A stretch of 64,000 nt of DNA from Candidatus Enterousia sp. (GTDB taxonomy: Bacteria > Pseudomonadota > Alphaproteobacteria > Rs-D84): the NCBI GenBank assembly GCA_045613785.1, contig JAZLBQ010000003.1, positions 59,536 to 123,535 of the forward strand, in the 5' to 3' direction. Every line of letters begins with the position of its first letter. Position 1 is the first letter of the stretch. The notes beneath the pieces were generated by a model, which saw only the letters and a program-made list of their open reading frames with translations, was not told the origin of the DNA and made no database searches. The translations under genes were made by a program, and so were the position numbers. Shown one piece after another: positions 30,452-40,193 of the stretch.

Positions 30452-30798
30452 TTGTCGTTGTCCTTTCGTTTTTCAAGTTTACATTCCAGGCCTGTGTTGC
30501 CAGTAATGTTTAATGTGTGATATGACAGCGTGCCAGTCATTTTGGCAGCACTGAAAATATTTGCAGTCGTAACAGTTGCAGGGCCTTCTAGGGTGCCGTG
30601 TAAAAACAAGACTGGTGTTTGAACTGCACCAATAACACGGCCACCACGACCGATTACAACCGTTTCAGCAGTGATGTCGCCAACCACTTCGCCGTGAATT
30701 TGCACGTTGTGGTCGGTTTTTATATCACCTGTCAATTTGCAACCTGCCCCGATGACGGTTGGGGATTGTTTTTCGCTTGAATTCGTAAATGCTAACAT
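30448..30798 (-). CDS. Bactofilin (polymer-forming cytoskeletal protein)
   Basis: TVIGAG...GDI...V.IG..G.V.G beta-helix; follows an M23 gene. Confidence 0.85.
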   Translation of the reverse strand: MLAFTNSSEKQSPTVIGAGCKLTGDIKTDHNVQIHGEVVGDITAETVVIGRGGRVIGAVQTPVLFLHGTLEGPATVTTANIFSAAKMTGTLSYHTLNITGNTGLECKLEKRKDNDK

Positions 30799-30800
30799 TG

Positions 30801-32078
30801 TTATTCTTCCTTTACAAATTTTGTTGGGTCAAAAGGCGAACCTTTGTATCTGATTTCGTAGTGTAGATGTGGCCCCGTTGAACGACCAGAAGAACCAGCC
30901 AGACCAATCACTGTGCCAGGACGAACCCAGTCGCCACGTGATACCAATATTTGCGATAGGTGGGCGTATAATGTTGTAAAGCCTAGCCCGTGGTCAATTT
31001 CAACAGTTGTGCCATATCCAACACGTTCTCCGGCTGAGACAACACGGCCAGGTGCGACCGCCATCAATTCTGTGCCAATTTTGCCAGCAAAATCAAGACC
31101 ACGATGTTTCTTGGGCTTGCCAGTAAATGGGTCGTTGCGTGTGCCGTAATTTGATGTAATGCGTGAACTAACAGGCTTGCCCAAAGGTAAAATTTCGTTT
31201 AATCTACGCAGACCGTTCCAACGTTCCAGACCATCTGCTAGTTTTTGATATTTTTCGTCCAAGTCTTTGTCAAATTCAATCGGCGTAAAGGCAGAGCCGA
31301 CCAATGGATTGGTGTATTTGTTTGCGTTTCTTAATAATGTTGTTTGGCTTAAACCCAGTGTCGCAAGCGTGTTGTTTATGCGTTTAATGTTCTTTTGTAA
31401 TTCGTCCGTGTTTTCCTTGGTCAGAGATGTGACAGTGTCAACAATTATGTTGTCTGCGTCCATTATTTCTGCCATTGTGTCCAGCATCTGGGCGTTGCGT
31501 TTCTTTAAGTCTTCGTTTTCTGCACGGGTTAGTTCGTATTCGGCAGATAATTCAGATAATTTTGTATATTCTGGTGTAAAATCTTCGTTGCCCAGCATTT
31601 CAACAATACGGGTGCGTAAAAAATCTAGTTCACCCCATGTCTTGATGCGGGTGTTCATCAATTTTTCTTTGTCTGTGTCAGAAAGTTTTTTTGCATTTAG
31701 AACTTTGTCATCAATAATGTTTAAATCACGCACTAGGCTGTTATATTTTGTCAGATAGGTTTGCAAATCAGACATATGACGGGTGTGAGTGCTGCGTGCT
31801 TCTTCTAGTTGTTGGGTGCGTTTTTGCAGCAGTGGGCGGTGATATACAAATACATACGTTGACCATGATGCCCATAAAACAAGTCCCACCTTGCCGCAAA
31901 AACGGGTAAAACGCCAAAAACTGCTTTGCCCATAGGTGTAAACGTTGCCTCGTGGTGTGTCCATAACCGTGAACTCACGTGGTGGAAATATGCGAACAAT
32001 CAATCGCCATATTGCACGAAATGGTGATGTTATGAATGCCCATAGCGATGTAAAATATCGTGTTATAAAGTTTATCAT
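30801..32078 (-). CDS. M23 family metallopeptidase with TM and coiled coil
   Basis: HRGLDF, YAHLS, STGPHLHYE. Confidence 0.92.
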   Translation of the reverse strand: MINFITRYFTSLWAFITSPFRAIWRLIVRIFPPREFTVMDTPRGNVYTYGQSSFWRFTRFCGKVGLVLWASWSTYVFVYHRPLLQKRTQQLEEARSTHTRHMSDLQTYLTKYNSLVRDLNIIDDKVLNAKKLSDTDKEKLMNTRIKTWGELDFLRTRIVEMLGNEDFTPEYTKLSELSAEYELTRAENEDLKKRNAQMLDTMAEIMDADNIIVDTVTSLTKENTDELQKNIKRINNTLATLGLSQTTLLRNANKYTNPLVGSAFTPIEFDKDLDEKYQKLADGLERWNGLRRLNEILPLGKPVSSRITSNYGTRNDPFTGKPKKHRGLDFAGKIGTELMAVAPGRVVSAGERVGYGTTVEIDHGLGFTTLYAHLSQILVSRGDWVRPGTVIGLAGSSGRSTGPHLHYEIRYKGSPFDPTKFVKEE

Positions 32079-32758
32079 TTCTGGGTCAGTTTAGACAAAA
32101 TATCGTCAATAGTCAAGCCATCACGCAAAATTGGTTCGTGATTCATAGGCAAGCCTTGGTGGATTGTTGTTATTCCTTTTGTGCCTAGACGGCCAGATAA
32201 CAGAACTCGCTCAGCAGTGTTTTTGCCACCAAATAGGGGTAAAATTCGGATGTCGCCAAGTTTTGTCGCCATTTGACCGATTGCTAATGCCGCTGTTGCT
32301 GCATCGGTAATCATACAAAATGTTCCCATCGGTTTAACCCGTGCAATGCATCGGGATATCCAATTTTTTAAATCTGCGTTATGGTGGGCATTGTGATTGG
32401 CAGGTGTGCCGTTAAAATACGGCGGATTCGTGATAACTAGGTCAAATGTGCGGTTCGTTCGCCATGTGTAAATGTCGTTTGATAATAATTCAATGTTTTT
32501 GTTGTTTAATTCACAATTTATCTGTGTGGCGTTTAGCATTTGATCGGAAACGTCAATGCCCGTTATTTGGGCTTTGGGATTGTGGTTTAGCAGGCATAAT
32601 GAAACACCCCCTGTTCCAATGCCCACGTCTAGAACTGTTTTTGCGTTTGTTGGTGCAAATGCTGCTAGCCATACCGCATCAGATGTTGGGTTGTAATGAC
32701 TGTGTCGCATTTGAATACGACCGCCTAAAAGGCTAAAAAAATCTTGTTTTATGCTCAT
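32075..32758 (-). CDS. tRNA1(Val) m6A37 methyltransferase-like (YfiC/TrmN6)
   Basis: DAVWLA, LDVGIGTG, NPPY. Confidence 0.8.
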   Translation of the reverse strand: MSIKQDFFSLLGGRIQMRHSHYNPTSDAVWLAAFAPTNAKTVLDVGIGTGGVSLCLLNHNPKAQITGIDVSDQMLNATQINCELNNKNIELLSNDIYTWRTNRTFDLVITNPPYFNGTPANHNAHHNADLKNWISRCIARVKPMGTFCMITDAATAALAIGQMATKLGDIRILPLFGGKNTAERVLLSGRLGTKGITTIHQGLPMNHEPILRDGLTIDDILSKLTQK

Positions 32759-32798
32759 AGCTATTTATAATAAAGCATTAAAAGCAAAAGGCAAGTTT

Positions 32799-33773
32799 AT
32801 GTTAGATAATATGATTGTTGTGCAAAGTGCAGTTAGTGCGTTTAATAATGCGGCGTTGTTGGCACCTGCGTTTTTATGGTGGGGATTGCTGGCGGTGCCT
32901 TTGTTTGCGTTTGTGTATAAATATTCAGGTTTGTTCTGTGAGAAGTTAAATTGCGATATCAAAAATGTTTCTGTTTGGACTGTTGGTTTGATTTTTGCTT
33001 GGGTTGTTTTGTTTGGTGGGGCATATAATGTCTTGCGTGATAGTTTATCAGTGTTGCCTTTTACTGTTGCAATGATTTTGTTTTTGTCTGCGTTATTTGT
33101 TTCTTCGCATATGAGAAATCGACCCCTGCCCCGTATGACGTGGTGGCGGATATTGATGATCGCTGTGTGCGTGGCGTTGATTGGTATGTCTGATATGCAT
33201 GTGTGGTGGGGACCGTTATTGCAGATTGGGGCAACTGTTCTTGGTTTCTTTCTGGGACGTATGGCCAAAGGGGAAATGAGACCTGTGGCTGGGACTTTGT
33301 TGATTGTGCTGTGTGTAGCGACAGCAATGTTGATGCAGCCAGAGTTCTTTAGATTTGGACAGTTAGGAAATTTGACTGTTGCACATTTAGGTGCAATGTT
33401 GCTTTTGGCGATGGCAGCAATGGCGGCAATCGCAACGTTGAATATTAAATCTTCTGGTAAAGTCAAAAGAAGTATTTTTGTTAAATTAAAATGGTTGATG
33501 CGTGTCTTGTGTGCGTTGGGTGCTGCCCTGTTTATTATTACAGAAGCGGTGCCGGTATTTATTGGAACTATGGCCGCAATGTTTGTGATGTTTGCGGTGT
33601 CTGTGTGGCACAGTCGTGCAGATTTTGAACAGTTTGGGGTTATGATGTTTGCGCTGGCTTTGGTGATGTTTGGAATAATTACTGTTATGCCTGTTATTAC
33701 TGTGTTGGGGGTTTTGTTATGGCGTAATCAAAAATGTGCTGATTTTAGACAGTTAGTCAGACGTTTGTTATAA
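32799..33773 (+). CDS. Polytopic membrane protein, unknown function
   Basis: About 10 hydrophobic segments. Confidence 0.7.
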   Translation: MLDNMIVVQSAVSAFNNAALLAPAFLWWGLLAVPLFAFVYKYSGLFCEKLNCDIKNVSVWTVGLIFAWVVLFGGAYNVLRDSLSVLPFTVAMILFLSALFVSSHMRNRPLPRMTWWRILMIAVCVALIGMSDMHVWWGPLLQIGATVLGFFLGRMAKGEMRPVAGTLLIVLCVATAMLMQPEFFRFGQLGNLTVAHLGAMLLLAMAAMAAIATLNIKSSGKVKRSIFVKLKWLMRVLCALGAALFIITEAVPVFIGTMAAMFVMFAVSVWHSRADFEQFGVMMFALALVMFGIITVMPVITVLGVLLWRNQKCADFRQLVRRLL

Positions 33774-33856
33774 TTGGTTATATTTCTTTAATACCAATTT
33801 TTGTCGGAATAATGTATTATCAGCCTGTTAGTAATGTAAAAAAAGCGAGTTTTATT

Positions 33857-34654
33857 ATGGCAATACATCCGACAGCAATTATTTCAGAAGGTGCAAAGTT
33901 AGGGGCAGATTGTAAAATTGGCCCATATTGTGTGGTTGGCCCAAATGTTGTTTTGGGCGATCGTGTGGAATTAGTTTCTCATGTGGTTATTGATGGAAAA
34001 ACATCTATTGGTGATGATTCTATTGTTTATCCGTTTGCTGTTTTGGGCGTGATGAGTCAGGACTTGAAATGGCAGGACGAAGCTACAATGACGGGACTGC
34101 GTATCGGAAAGCGGTGCAGAATCCGAGAATATGCAACAATTCATTCGGGAACACCTGCATCTGATGGAACGGTAATTGGTGATGACTGTCAGATTATGGT
34201 AAATGCACACGTCGGACATGATTGCAAGGTTGGTAATAGTGTGGTGATGTCAAATTTGGTTCAGGTTGCAGGACATGTTGAAATAGAAGATTTTGCAATT
34301 CTGTCTGGTGGAACAATGGTTTTGCAATTTGCACGTATTGGACGTAATGCGTTTATTGGTGGTATGTCTGGGGTTGGTAATGATGTGTTGCCATACGCAA
34401 TTTATGATGGAAATCGTGCAGTATATCGCACTATCAATCGTGTTGGGTTGATGCGTCATGGTTTTACAAATGAAGATATGCACGCAATTCATTCTGTGTA
34501 TGCGGCAGTATTTCGTGGCGGAGAAGGAACTGTTTCTGAAAGATTGGCTAAAGTTCGCAAGGATGTGAAAAATAACAAGTATGCGATGGATGCAATTGAT
34601 TTTATCGAAAATCGTTCAAAGCGTGGAATTGGAACATCTAAGAATGCAGAATAA
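33857..34654 (+). CDS. lpxA: UDP-N-acetylglucosamine acyltransferase
   Basis: IHPTAII, hexapeptide repeats, QDLK, HVGHDC. Confidence 0.95.
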   Translation: MAIHPTAIISEGAKLGADCKIGPYCVVGPNVVLGDRVELVSHVVIDGKTSIGDDSIVYPFAVLGVMSQDLKWQDEATMTGLRIGKRCRIREYATIHSGTPASDGTVIGDDCQIMVNAHVGHDCKVGNSVVMSNLVQVAGHVEIEDFAILSGGTMVLQFARIGRNAFIGGMSGVGNDVLPYAIYDGNRAVYRTINRVGLMRHGFTNEDMHAIHSVYAAVFRGGEGTVSERLAKVRKDVKNNKYAMDAIDFIENRSKRGIGTSKNAE

Positions 34655-35783
34655 AAAATTGAAAGTTTTTATAATCGCTGGCGAAGTGTCTGGTGATGTT
34701 TTGGCCGCACGAATTATGGCTAATATGCCTGATGCCGAATTTGTCGGTGTTGGCGGTGAAAATATGCAAGCGTTGGGGTTGCGGTCTTTGTTTCCAATGT
34801 CTGATTTAGCGGTTATGGGTGCGGTAGAGGTTTTGGCCAATGCACGAACACTGACACGTCGTATTCGGCAGACTGTTGAGGCGATTGTTGAAGAAAAACC
34901 AGATGTTGTTGTTTCTGTGGATGCACCAGGATTTGTAAAAAGTGTTATAAAACAAATTAGAAAGTGTCCAGATGCTCAAAAACTGATTAAAGATGGTTTA
35001 AAGTTTCAACATGTTGTTGCACCTCAGGTTTGGGCGTGGCGACCAGGACGTGCCAAAAAGTATGCACAGATTTTTGATAAATTGTATGCCTTCTTTGATT
35101 TTGAAGTTCCTTATTTTACAAAACATGGTTTGGAAACAGTGGCTGTTGGGCATCCAATTGTAGATGCTTTGGTTGGAAAATATAAAACATCAAAAAAACA
35201 AGAAGAAAAGATTATCACGTTGGTTCCTGGCAGCAGAATGAACGAAGTTAAACGTTTGTTGCCATTGATGCGTGAAGTTGCAGAACAGTTGCATAGAAAT
35301 GGGTATATGGGATATAATTTTATTATTCCAACTGTTGAGACAACTGTTGATTATGTTCGTCGTGAAGTCGCAAAATGGCGTGTAAAACCAATTTTGGTGC
35401 CTGCAACAGAACGATATGATGTTTATGCAAAAACATATATTGCAATCGTTGCCAGTGGCACAGTGTCCGCTGAGTTAGCAATGTTGCATGTGCCGACAAT
35501 TGTTGTTTATAAAATGAATCCGATAACTACATGGATAGTTCGTCAGATTATTCGGGTGAAATGGGTTTCATTAGTAAATATCTTATTAAATTCGGGCGTG
35601 TTTCCTGAATTTTTAGGACCAGCGGCGACTGCTGAAAATGTGTTAAATGCTGTGCAACAACTGACAATTCCATCAAAACGTGAAAAGATGATTGCAGGGT
35701 TAAAAAATGCAGATTCTATGTGGTGTCGTGATGATGGTGGTGCTGGAAAATTGATTGCAGAAGGAATAAAAAAATCCGTATAA
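34644..35783 (+). CDS. lpxB: Lipid-A-disaccharide synthase
   Basis: AGEVSGD, APQVWAWR, VGHP, PGSR, ASGT. Confidence 0.95.
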   Translation: MQNKKLKVFIIAGEVSGDVLAARIMANMPDAEFVGVGGENMQALGLRSLFPMSDLAVMGAVEVLANARTLTRRIRQTVEAIVEEKPDVVVSVDAPGFVKSVIKQIRKCPDAQKLIKDGLKFQHVVAPQVWAWRPGRAKKYAQIFDKLYAFFDFEVPYFTKHGLETVAVGHPIVDALVGKYKTSKKQEEKIITLVPGSRMNEVKRLLPLMREVAEQLHRNGYMGYNFIIPTVETTVDYVRREVAKWRVKPILVPATERYDVYAKTYIAIVASGTVSAELAMLHVPTIVVYKMNPITTWIVRQIIRVKWVSLVNILLNSGVFPEFLGPAATAENVLNAVQQLTIPSKREKMIAGLKNADSMWCRDDGGAGKLIAEGIKKSV

Positions 35784-35841
35784 ATACGGACTTTTTTTTA
35801 TGGGTGTTTTTTATAGTATTTTTGTTCTTTAGTTTCCAGGG

Positions 35842-38382
35842 TTATTCAATACCTTCCGGCATTGTTGTTATGCTTTCATTGTCGTTTTTACAAGTTGTTT
35901 TCTCTGAATCGGCGCTTTCGGTGACGGTATAATTCAGAGGACAGACCTGGTTAAGGTTTGTGATTTGATCTTGGGTGCACCAGGAATCTGCACTGAATGT
36001 TTTGTCTACAGTCTCTGGAAATTTCAAACCTGTGCAATTGGCGTCTTCTGCTAGAATTGGTCTTTTGGTTCCGTCTGTATCTGTTGTTTCTCCAAGTGGT
36101 GCAACAGGTAATGCAGCAACACATTTTGCGGATTTTCCCCATTTGCTACGACGAGCACCATTTTCCCAGCATAAACATGCACCCCAAGATTTTGTTGCAA
36201 CGGATAGGTTGTAATCACGTGGACACATGTTTTCACCGTCGGAAATTTTATATACTTCCGTTATGTTGTCGTCGTTAAATTTTGCCAGGCAGAGATTGTT
36301 TGGGTCGTATGTGTTTTCTTTGATGAATTGTATTTCGATGAAACGACCTTGCAAGTTTGTGCATTGGGTTGTTAGAATTGAGATTATCTGGTTGTAAACT
36401 TCTGTTGCAACACCTGTTGGACGTGTAAAACGATGGTCGATGAAGCCTGTTTCTTTTTTTAGTCCATAGATATAAAGCCCTTCGTCGGAATCTGTTTTTT
36501 TATATCTTGTTTCGTTGTTTATTGTCTCTTTTAGTGCGTAGAATGCATCAAAACCACCAAAGGTTTTTTCTATGGTTTCTGGATCGTTGCATGCATCAAT
36601 GTCTTGTAATTGTTTGGCACATTCAGATTTTAATGTTACACCATCTGTATCGTAAAGTGTAAACCAATCAGGGGCAAATTTTGAATCTGGTTCAAATAAG
36701 CCACTGTATGGATAGTAAAAGTTTTCATAGTTTGTGCCACCGTATTTATCAAAACACTGCTTTACGACTGCACGGCAGGCTGCCAACGTATCTGTGGTTT
36801 GCTGAGTGTTTATAAAGTCTGCAATTATGTTGTTGTCAAACATATTGTTGCAGGAATTTATATAGTCAGCACACATTTGGGTGCTTAAAACAATTTTCCC
36901 TGGTTGTAGTGGTATCTTATTATCGTCCGTCAAGTCTGCCATTGCGGCAGTAAGAGCCTTGTCACTGTTGATATAGCAGGCGGAAATGTAATCAAAGCAT
37001 CCTTGTTTAATTTCTGCTACTTTGCTGCGTTGTGCGTAATAAATGTCAAGCATTGTTTTGTCTAAATATTCAGACCAAACGATATCCGCTTTTTCAACAC
37101 ATTTATCAAGTGCAGGTTGTGCAAATTTTTTTGTGCGTGCTTCGAAATTTTGGACAAATGTTCGATTGCCGGGATTTTTTGCTAGTTTTTGTTGTGATGC
37201 TTCAACCCCGTCATTGAAAGATAGCATTTTTTCAAGCTTGTAGAAATCTTGGACGCCTGTTATTGGAGCACCAGTCGTGATGTCAATAAATTCGCCGTTG
37301 TCTAGACATTTGTGATAGTTTGCACCACATACTTGTTCGCTAAGAATTGCAGATTCAACCTCGTTTATGCAAGTCGTGATGTCTGATGAATTGTGTTCTT
37401 GACGATTTTCAATTCGTGCCAAATCAAGCATCGCACTGCCTTCACGCACAGCAGATTTCATTTGTTTTTGGGTTTGTTCAATTGCTGTTTGCACGGTGTT
37501 GCAATCTTGTTCAATTGCCATTAGATATGCAGTGATTGCACGTTGTAGAGATGCGTCATTGCAGTCTGCACGAACGGCGTTTCGGCATTGTGGATATACT
37601 GCGTTATATAGTGCGTCGCCGTTATATGTCGCAATTATTTGCCCGGCATCAACCGCCCCAAATGCATTGGTTGTGTCAAATGAAATGTTTATGCTGTTTA
37701 AATCTGAATATTTTCCGCCAACACTGCTGTCGTCGCCACGAATAGAATTCATAATTGCTTGTAATAATGCCTTGGATGCAGAATTGTCTTTGGTCAGGGC
37801 AGTTTCGCCTTCGGATTCGGTTCGCATCGATTTTGCCTGGGCGGCAGTCATGCCAACTACATCAAGGCTTTCGGTGAATACAGTCAATTTTTCCCCTGCC
37901 TGTTGCAGAGTTTCACGAACATCGGCCAGGTCAAATACACGGTTGTTGCACGAACAACGACGATAATCGTCATTTTTTAGTGAACAAAATTGATCCATAC
38001 AAGAAAAATATGTGTTCTTGCACTGTTCGTATTCTGCACCTGTTTTAGTGGTTTCGCTAGAAGATGTTGGTGTTGTTGCTGAACGTGCTGTAACCTGTGC
38101 AATTTGCGGAAGAACAATTGATCGCTTTGATGTGCGACCTGGTGTCTGTGGCTGGGTGCGACCAGATATCGCACTGCGTGAATTTGTAGATAGGCTGCGT
38201 GGTGTTAGTGTCGTGCGTGCAGGTGTCGAGCGTTTCACAACAGTCGATGTGCGTGATTGTGTTTGAACGGATGATTGTTTGTTGTCTTTGTTGCGTGAAA
38301 TAGCCGTGCCGTCACGAACAGCAGCGTTGGCAAAGCCAATGCAGACCAGCAAATTAGTAATAAAAACAAGAATTTTATTCAT
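35842..38382 (-). CDS. Large secreted Cys-rich hypothetical protein
   Basis: Signal peptide, S/T/R-rich linker, CMDQFC...RRCSC, many paired Cys. Confidence 0.8.
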   Translation of the reverse strand: MNKILVFITNLLVCIGFANAAVRDGTAISRNKDNKQSSVQTQSRTSTVVKRSTPARTTLTPRSLSTNSRSAISGRTQPQTPGRTSKRSIVLPQIAQVTARSATTPTSSSETTKTGAEYEQCKNTYFSCMDQFCSLKNDDYRRCSCNNRVFDLADVRETLQQAGEKLTVFTESLDVVGMTAAQAKSMRTESEGETALTKDNSASKALLQAIMNSIRGDDSSVGGKYSDLNSINISFDTTNAFGAVDAGQIIATYNGDALYNAVYPQCRNAVRADCNDASLQRAITAYLMAIEQDCNTVQTAIEQTQKQMKSAVREGSAMLDLARIENRQEHNSSDITTCINEVESAILSEQVCGANYHKCLDNGEFIDITTGAPITGVQDFYKLEKMLSFNDGVEASQQKLAKNPGNRTFVQNFEARTKKFAQPALDKCVEKADIVWSEYLDKTMLDIYYAQRSKVAEIKQGCFDYISACYINSDKALTAAMADLTDDNKIPLQPGKIVLSTQMCADYINSCNNMFDNNIIADFINTQQTTDTLAACRAVVKQCFDKYGGTNYENFYYPYSGLFEPDSKFAPDWFTLYDTDGVTLKSECAKQLQDIDACNDPETIEKTFGGFDAFYALKETINNETRYKKTDSDEGLYIYGLKKETGFIDHRFTRPTGVATEVYNQIISILTTQCTNLQGRFIEIQFIKENTYDPNNLCLAKFNDDNITEVYKISDGENMCPRDYNLSVATKSWGACLCWENGARRSKWGKSAKCVAALPVAPLGETTDTDGTKRPILAEDANCTGLKFPETVDKTFSADSWCTQDQITNLNQVCPLNYTVTESADSEKTTCKNDNESITTMPEGIE

Positions 38383-38539
38383 CTCTGCTTGAAATCTTAG
38401 CAAATTTATGGTTTTTAGTGCAAGCGAATATTTGTTTTGTCTTGCGGTTCAGATAGAAAAAAGTTTTGCAAAAAAATACGATTTTGGCTTTTTTCTTGTT
38501 GCAAAAAAATTAAATTTAATATAGTATGTTTGTCAGCCT

Positions 38540-38626
38540 GCGGATATGGCGGAATTGGTAGACGCGCTAGTTTCAGGTACTAGTGGTAGCAATACCTTGG
38601 AAGTTCGAGTCTTCTTATCCGCACCA
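38540..38626 (+). tRNA. tRNA-Leu(CAG)
   Basis: 87 nt with long variable arm; anticodon loop TTCAGGT; CCA end; upstream TTGCAA-N17-TAGTAT. Confidence 0.95.
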
Positions 38627-38631
38627 ATTTA

Positions 38632-38707
38632 GGGGTTGTAGCTCAGTTGATAGAGCGCTACGTTCGCATCGTAGAGGTCGTGGGTTTGAGTCCCATCAGC
38701 TCCACCA
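38632..38707 (+). tRNA. tRNA-Ala(CGC)
   Basis: Anticodon stem CTACG/CGTAG, loop TTCGCAT; G3:U70; CCA; T-loop TTTGAGT. Confidence 0.9.
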
Positions 38708-38731
38708 CTGTTTGTGTTCGTGTAAGTCTTC

Positions 38732-38818
38732 GGGGATATGGCGGAATGGTAGACGCTGAGGACTTAAAATCCTTTGGTCATTGCGACCGTGTGGGTTCGA
38801 GTCCCACTATCCCCACCA
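38732..38818 (+). tRNA. tRNA-Leu(TAA)
   Basis: Loop CTTAAAA, long variable arm, CCA. Confidence 0.95.
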
Positions 38819-38851
38819 CACTTTTAATCGCCGGTTGGCGTTTTTTTATTT

Positions 38852-38928
38852 GGATGTGTAGCTCAGTTGGTTAGAGCGCTTCGTTCACATCGAAGAGGTC
38901 GTTGGTTCGAGTCCAATCACATCCACCA
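38852..38928 (+). tRNA. tRNA-Val(CAC)
   Basis: Stem CTTCG/CGAAG, loop TTCACAT, CCA. Confidence 0.95.
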
Positions 38929-39029
38929 CTAATGTTGTTGTTAGCCCCTGCCCCAGACAGTTTTATACATTTGTTGACAATTTGACTTTGTGTGATACAG
39001 TTTGCCAGAATTTTAATAGGGTAAGAAAA

Positions 39030-39494
39030 ATGAATGACACTGGCAGTTCGAAATATCTCTTGGAAAATTCGCTGAGCTATGATTTTGCGACAAATAGATT
39101 GAGTGCAGATTATTATAATGGTATTCGTGTTATAAAAATGCCAGTGATGAAGGATTGGGCAAATATTGCTATCGAGAATTTGCAAAAAAGCGTGAATTTG
39201 AAACCGGTTTTGCTGTTGGTTAGAACGGTAAGTTGTTTCGATGTTGTTGATGCCGAAGTTTTTCAAAATCCACCGTATGGTAAGTATGGTTCGTGTGTTC
39301 TAGGAAATGTTGTTTTCGAAAGAAATGATGTAGCTGGTCGCTGGTTTAGCCCAACCGAATGGTTGCTTGTCGAAAAAAGAACTTGTAATCTGGCGGCAAC
39401 AGAAGAATCAATGTATCAATTCTTGTTTAAGTTGGCTCATAGAGGGTTGGCAAATAACTTTGCATTGCAGAAAAAACAGAAGCAAAGATTTTAA
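39030..39494 (+). CDS. Hypothetical protein (C-terminal QKKQKQRF)
   Basis: ORF downstream of the tRNA cluster. Confidence 0.65.
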   Translation: MNDTGSSKYLLENSLSYDFATNRLSADYYNGIRVIKMPVMKDWANIAIENLQKSVNLKPVLLLVRTVSCFDVVDAEVFQNPPYGKYGSCVLGNVVFERNDVAGRWFSPTEWLLVEKRTCNLAATEESMYQFLFKLAHRGLANNFALQKKQKQRF

Positions 39495-39513
39495 TAACTA
39501 TATAATTTCTATG

Positions 39514-40155
39514 ATGATAAAAAAAATAGTGCGAATTTTTGGTGGTAATGTCGGTGTGAAAAACGCAGAGAATTCCCCTGCCCGAGTTGTGCCTGATGAA
39601 ATCTTGGGCGAGATTTCTTTGCGGGAAATGGTTCGAAAAAGTTTTACAGGAAAATATATTTTTCATGGCTCGCCAGCAAAGCTAGAGCCTGGGTATGATA
39701 TATTGCGTCCTGGATTTTATAAGCATAGTGAATGCTGCGTTTATGCTGGTGCGATTGATATCGCCTTGCGATTTGCATTGGTGCGTGCGTGGGGGATGGA
39801 TCAATATGGTGGAACAGATTTTTATGTATTTTGCACAAGAAGGCATCGACTTGTTATTTATGATTCACGAAATATAGGGATGGATTGGTATAAACAAAAT
39901 ATAAGTAATGGTGCATATGTTTATGCAATCCCTGCTGATGGTGTTGTGTTGGATCAATTTTCTCGTTCTGAGCAGGCTTTGCCAGTAGTTGCACGTGCGT
40001 TGGTCAATCAGGAAGAGCTGGCTAAGGCCGGGTTTTGGTTTGCGTGCGAACAAAATATCTCGACAGAACGTTGGTGGGGAATTGAAAATAATGACGAGGT
40101 TATTCGTCGCTGTGTCTTTCCTGCGTATCCCTATTTTTATAAACGGCAACGTTAA
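39514..40155 (+). CDS. Putative ADP-ribosyltransferase-fold protein (Arr-like)
   Basis: YIFHGS..KLEPG..LRPG...VYA...A..FA...AYVYAIP pattern resembles rifampin ADP-ribosyltransferase Arr; start uncertain. Confidence 0.5.
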   Translation: MIKKIVRIFGGNVGVKNAENSPARVVPDEILGEISLREMVRKSFTGKYIFHGSPAKLEPGYDILRPGFYKHSECCVYAGAIDIALRFALVRAWGMDQYGGTDFYVFCTRRHRLVIYDSRNIGMDWYKQNISNGAYVYAIPADGVVLDQFSRSEQALPVVARALVNQEELAKAGFWFACEQNISTERWWGIENNDEVIRRCVFPAYPYFYKRQR

Positions 40156-40187
40156 AAAAAGAAACGCCATAACGGCGTTTCTTTTTT
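40154..40187. terminator. Bidirectional terminator
   Basis: AAAAAAAGAAACGCC-ATAAC-GGCGTTTCTTTTTT. Confidence 0.85.
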
Positions 40188-40193
40188 GTTTGA

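Noticed and set aside
38928-40190. tRNA-Val-anchored integrative element
   Set aside because: No integrase and no duplicated tRNA 3' end (attR) found by eye
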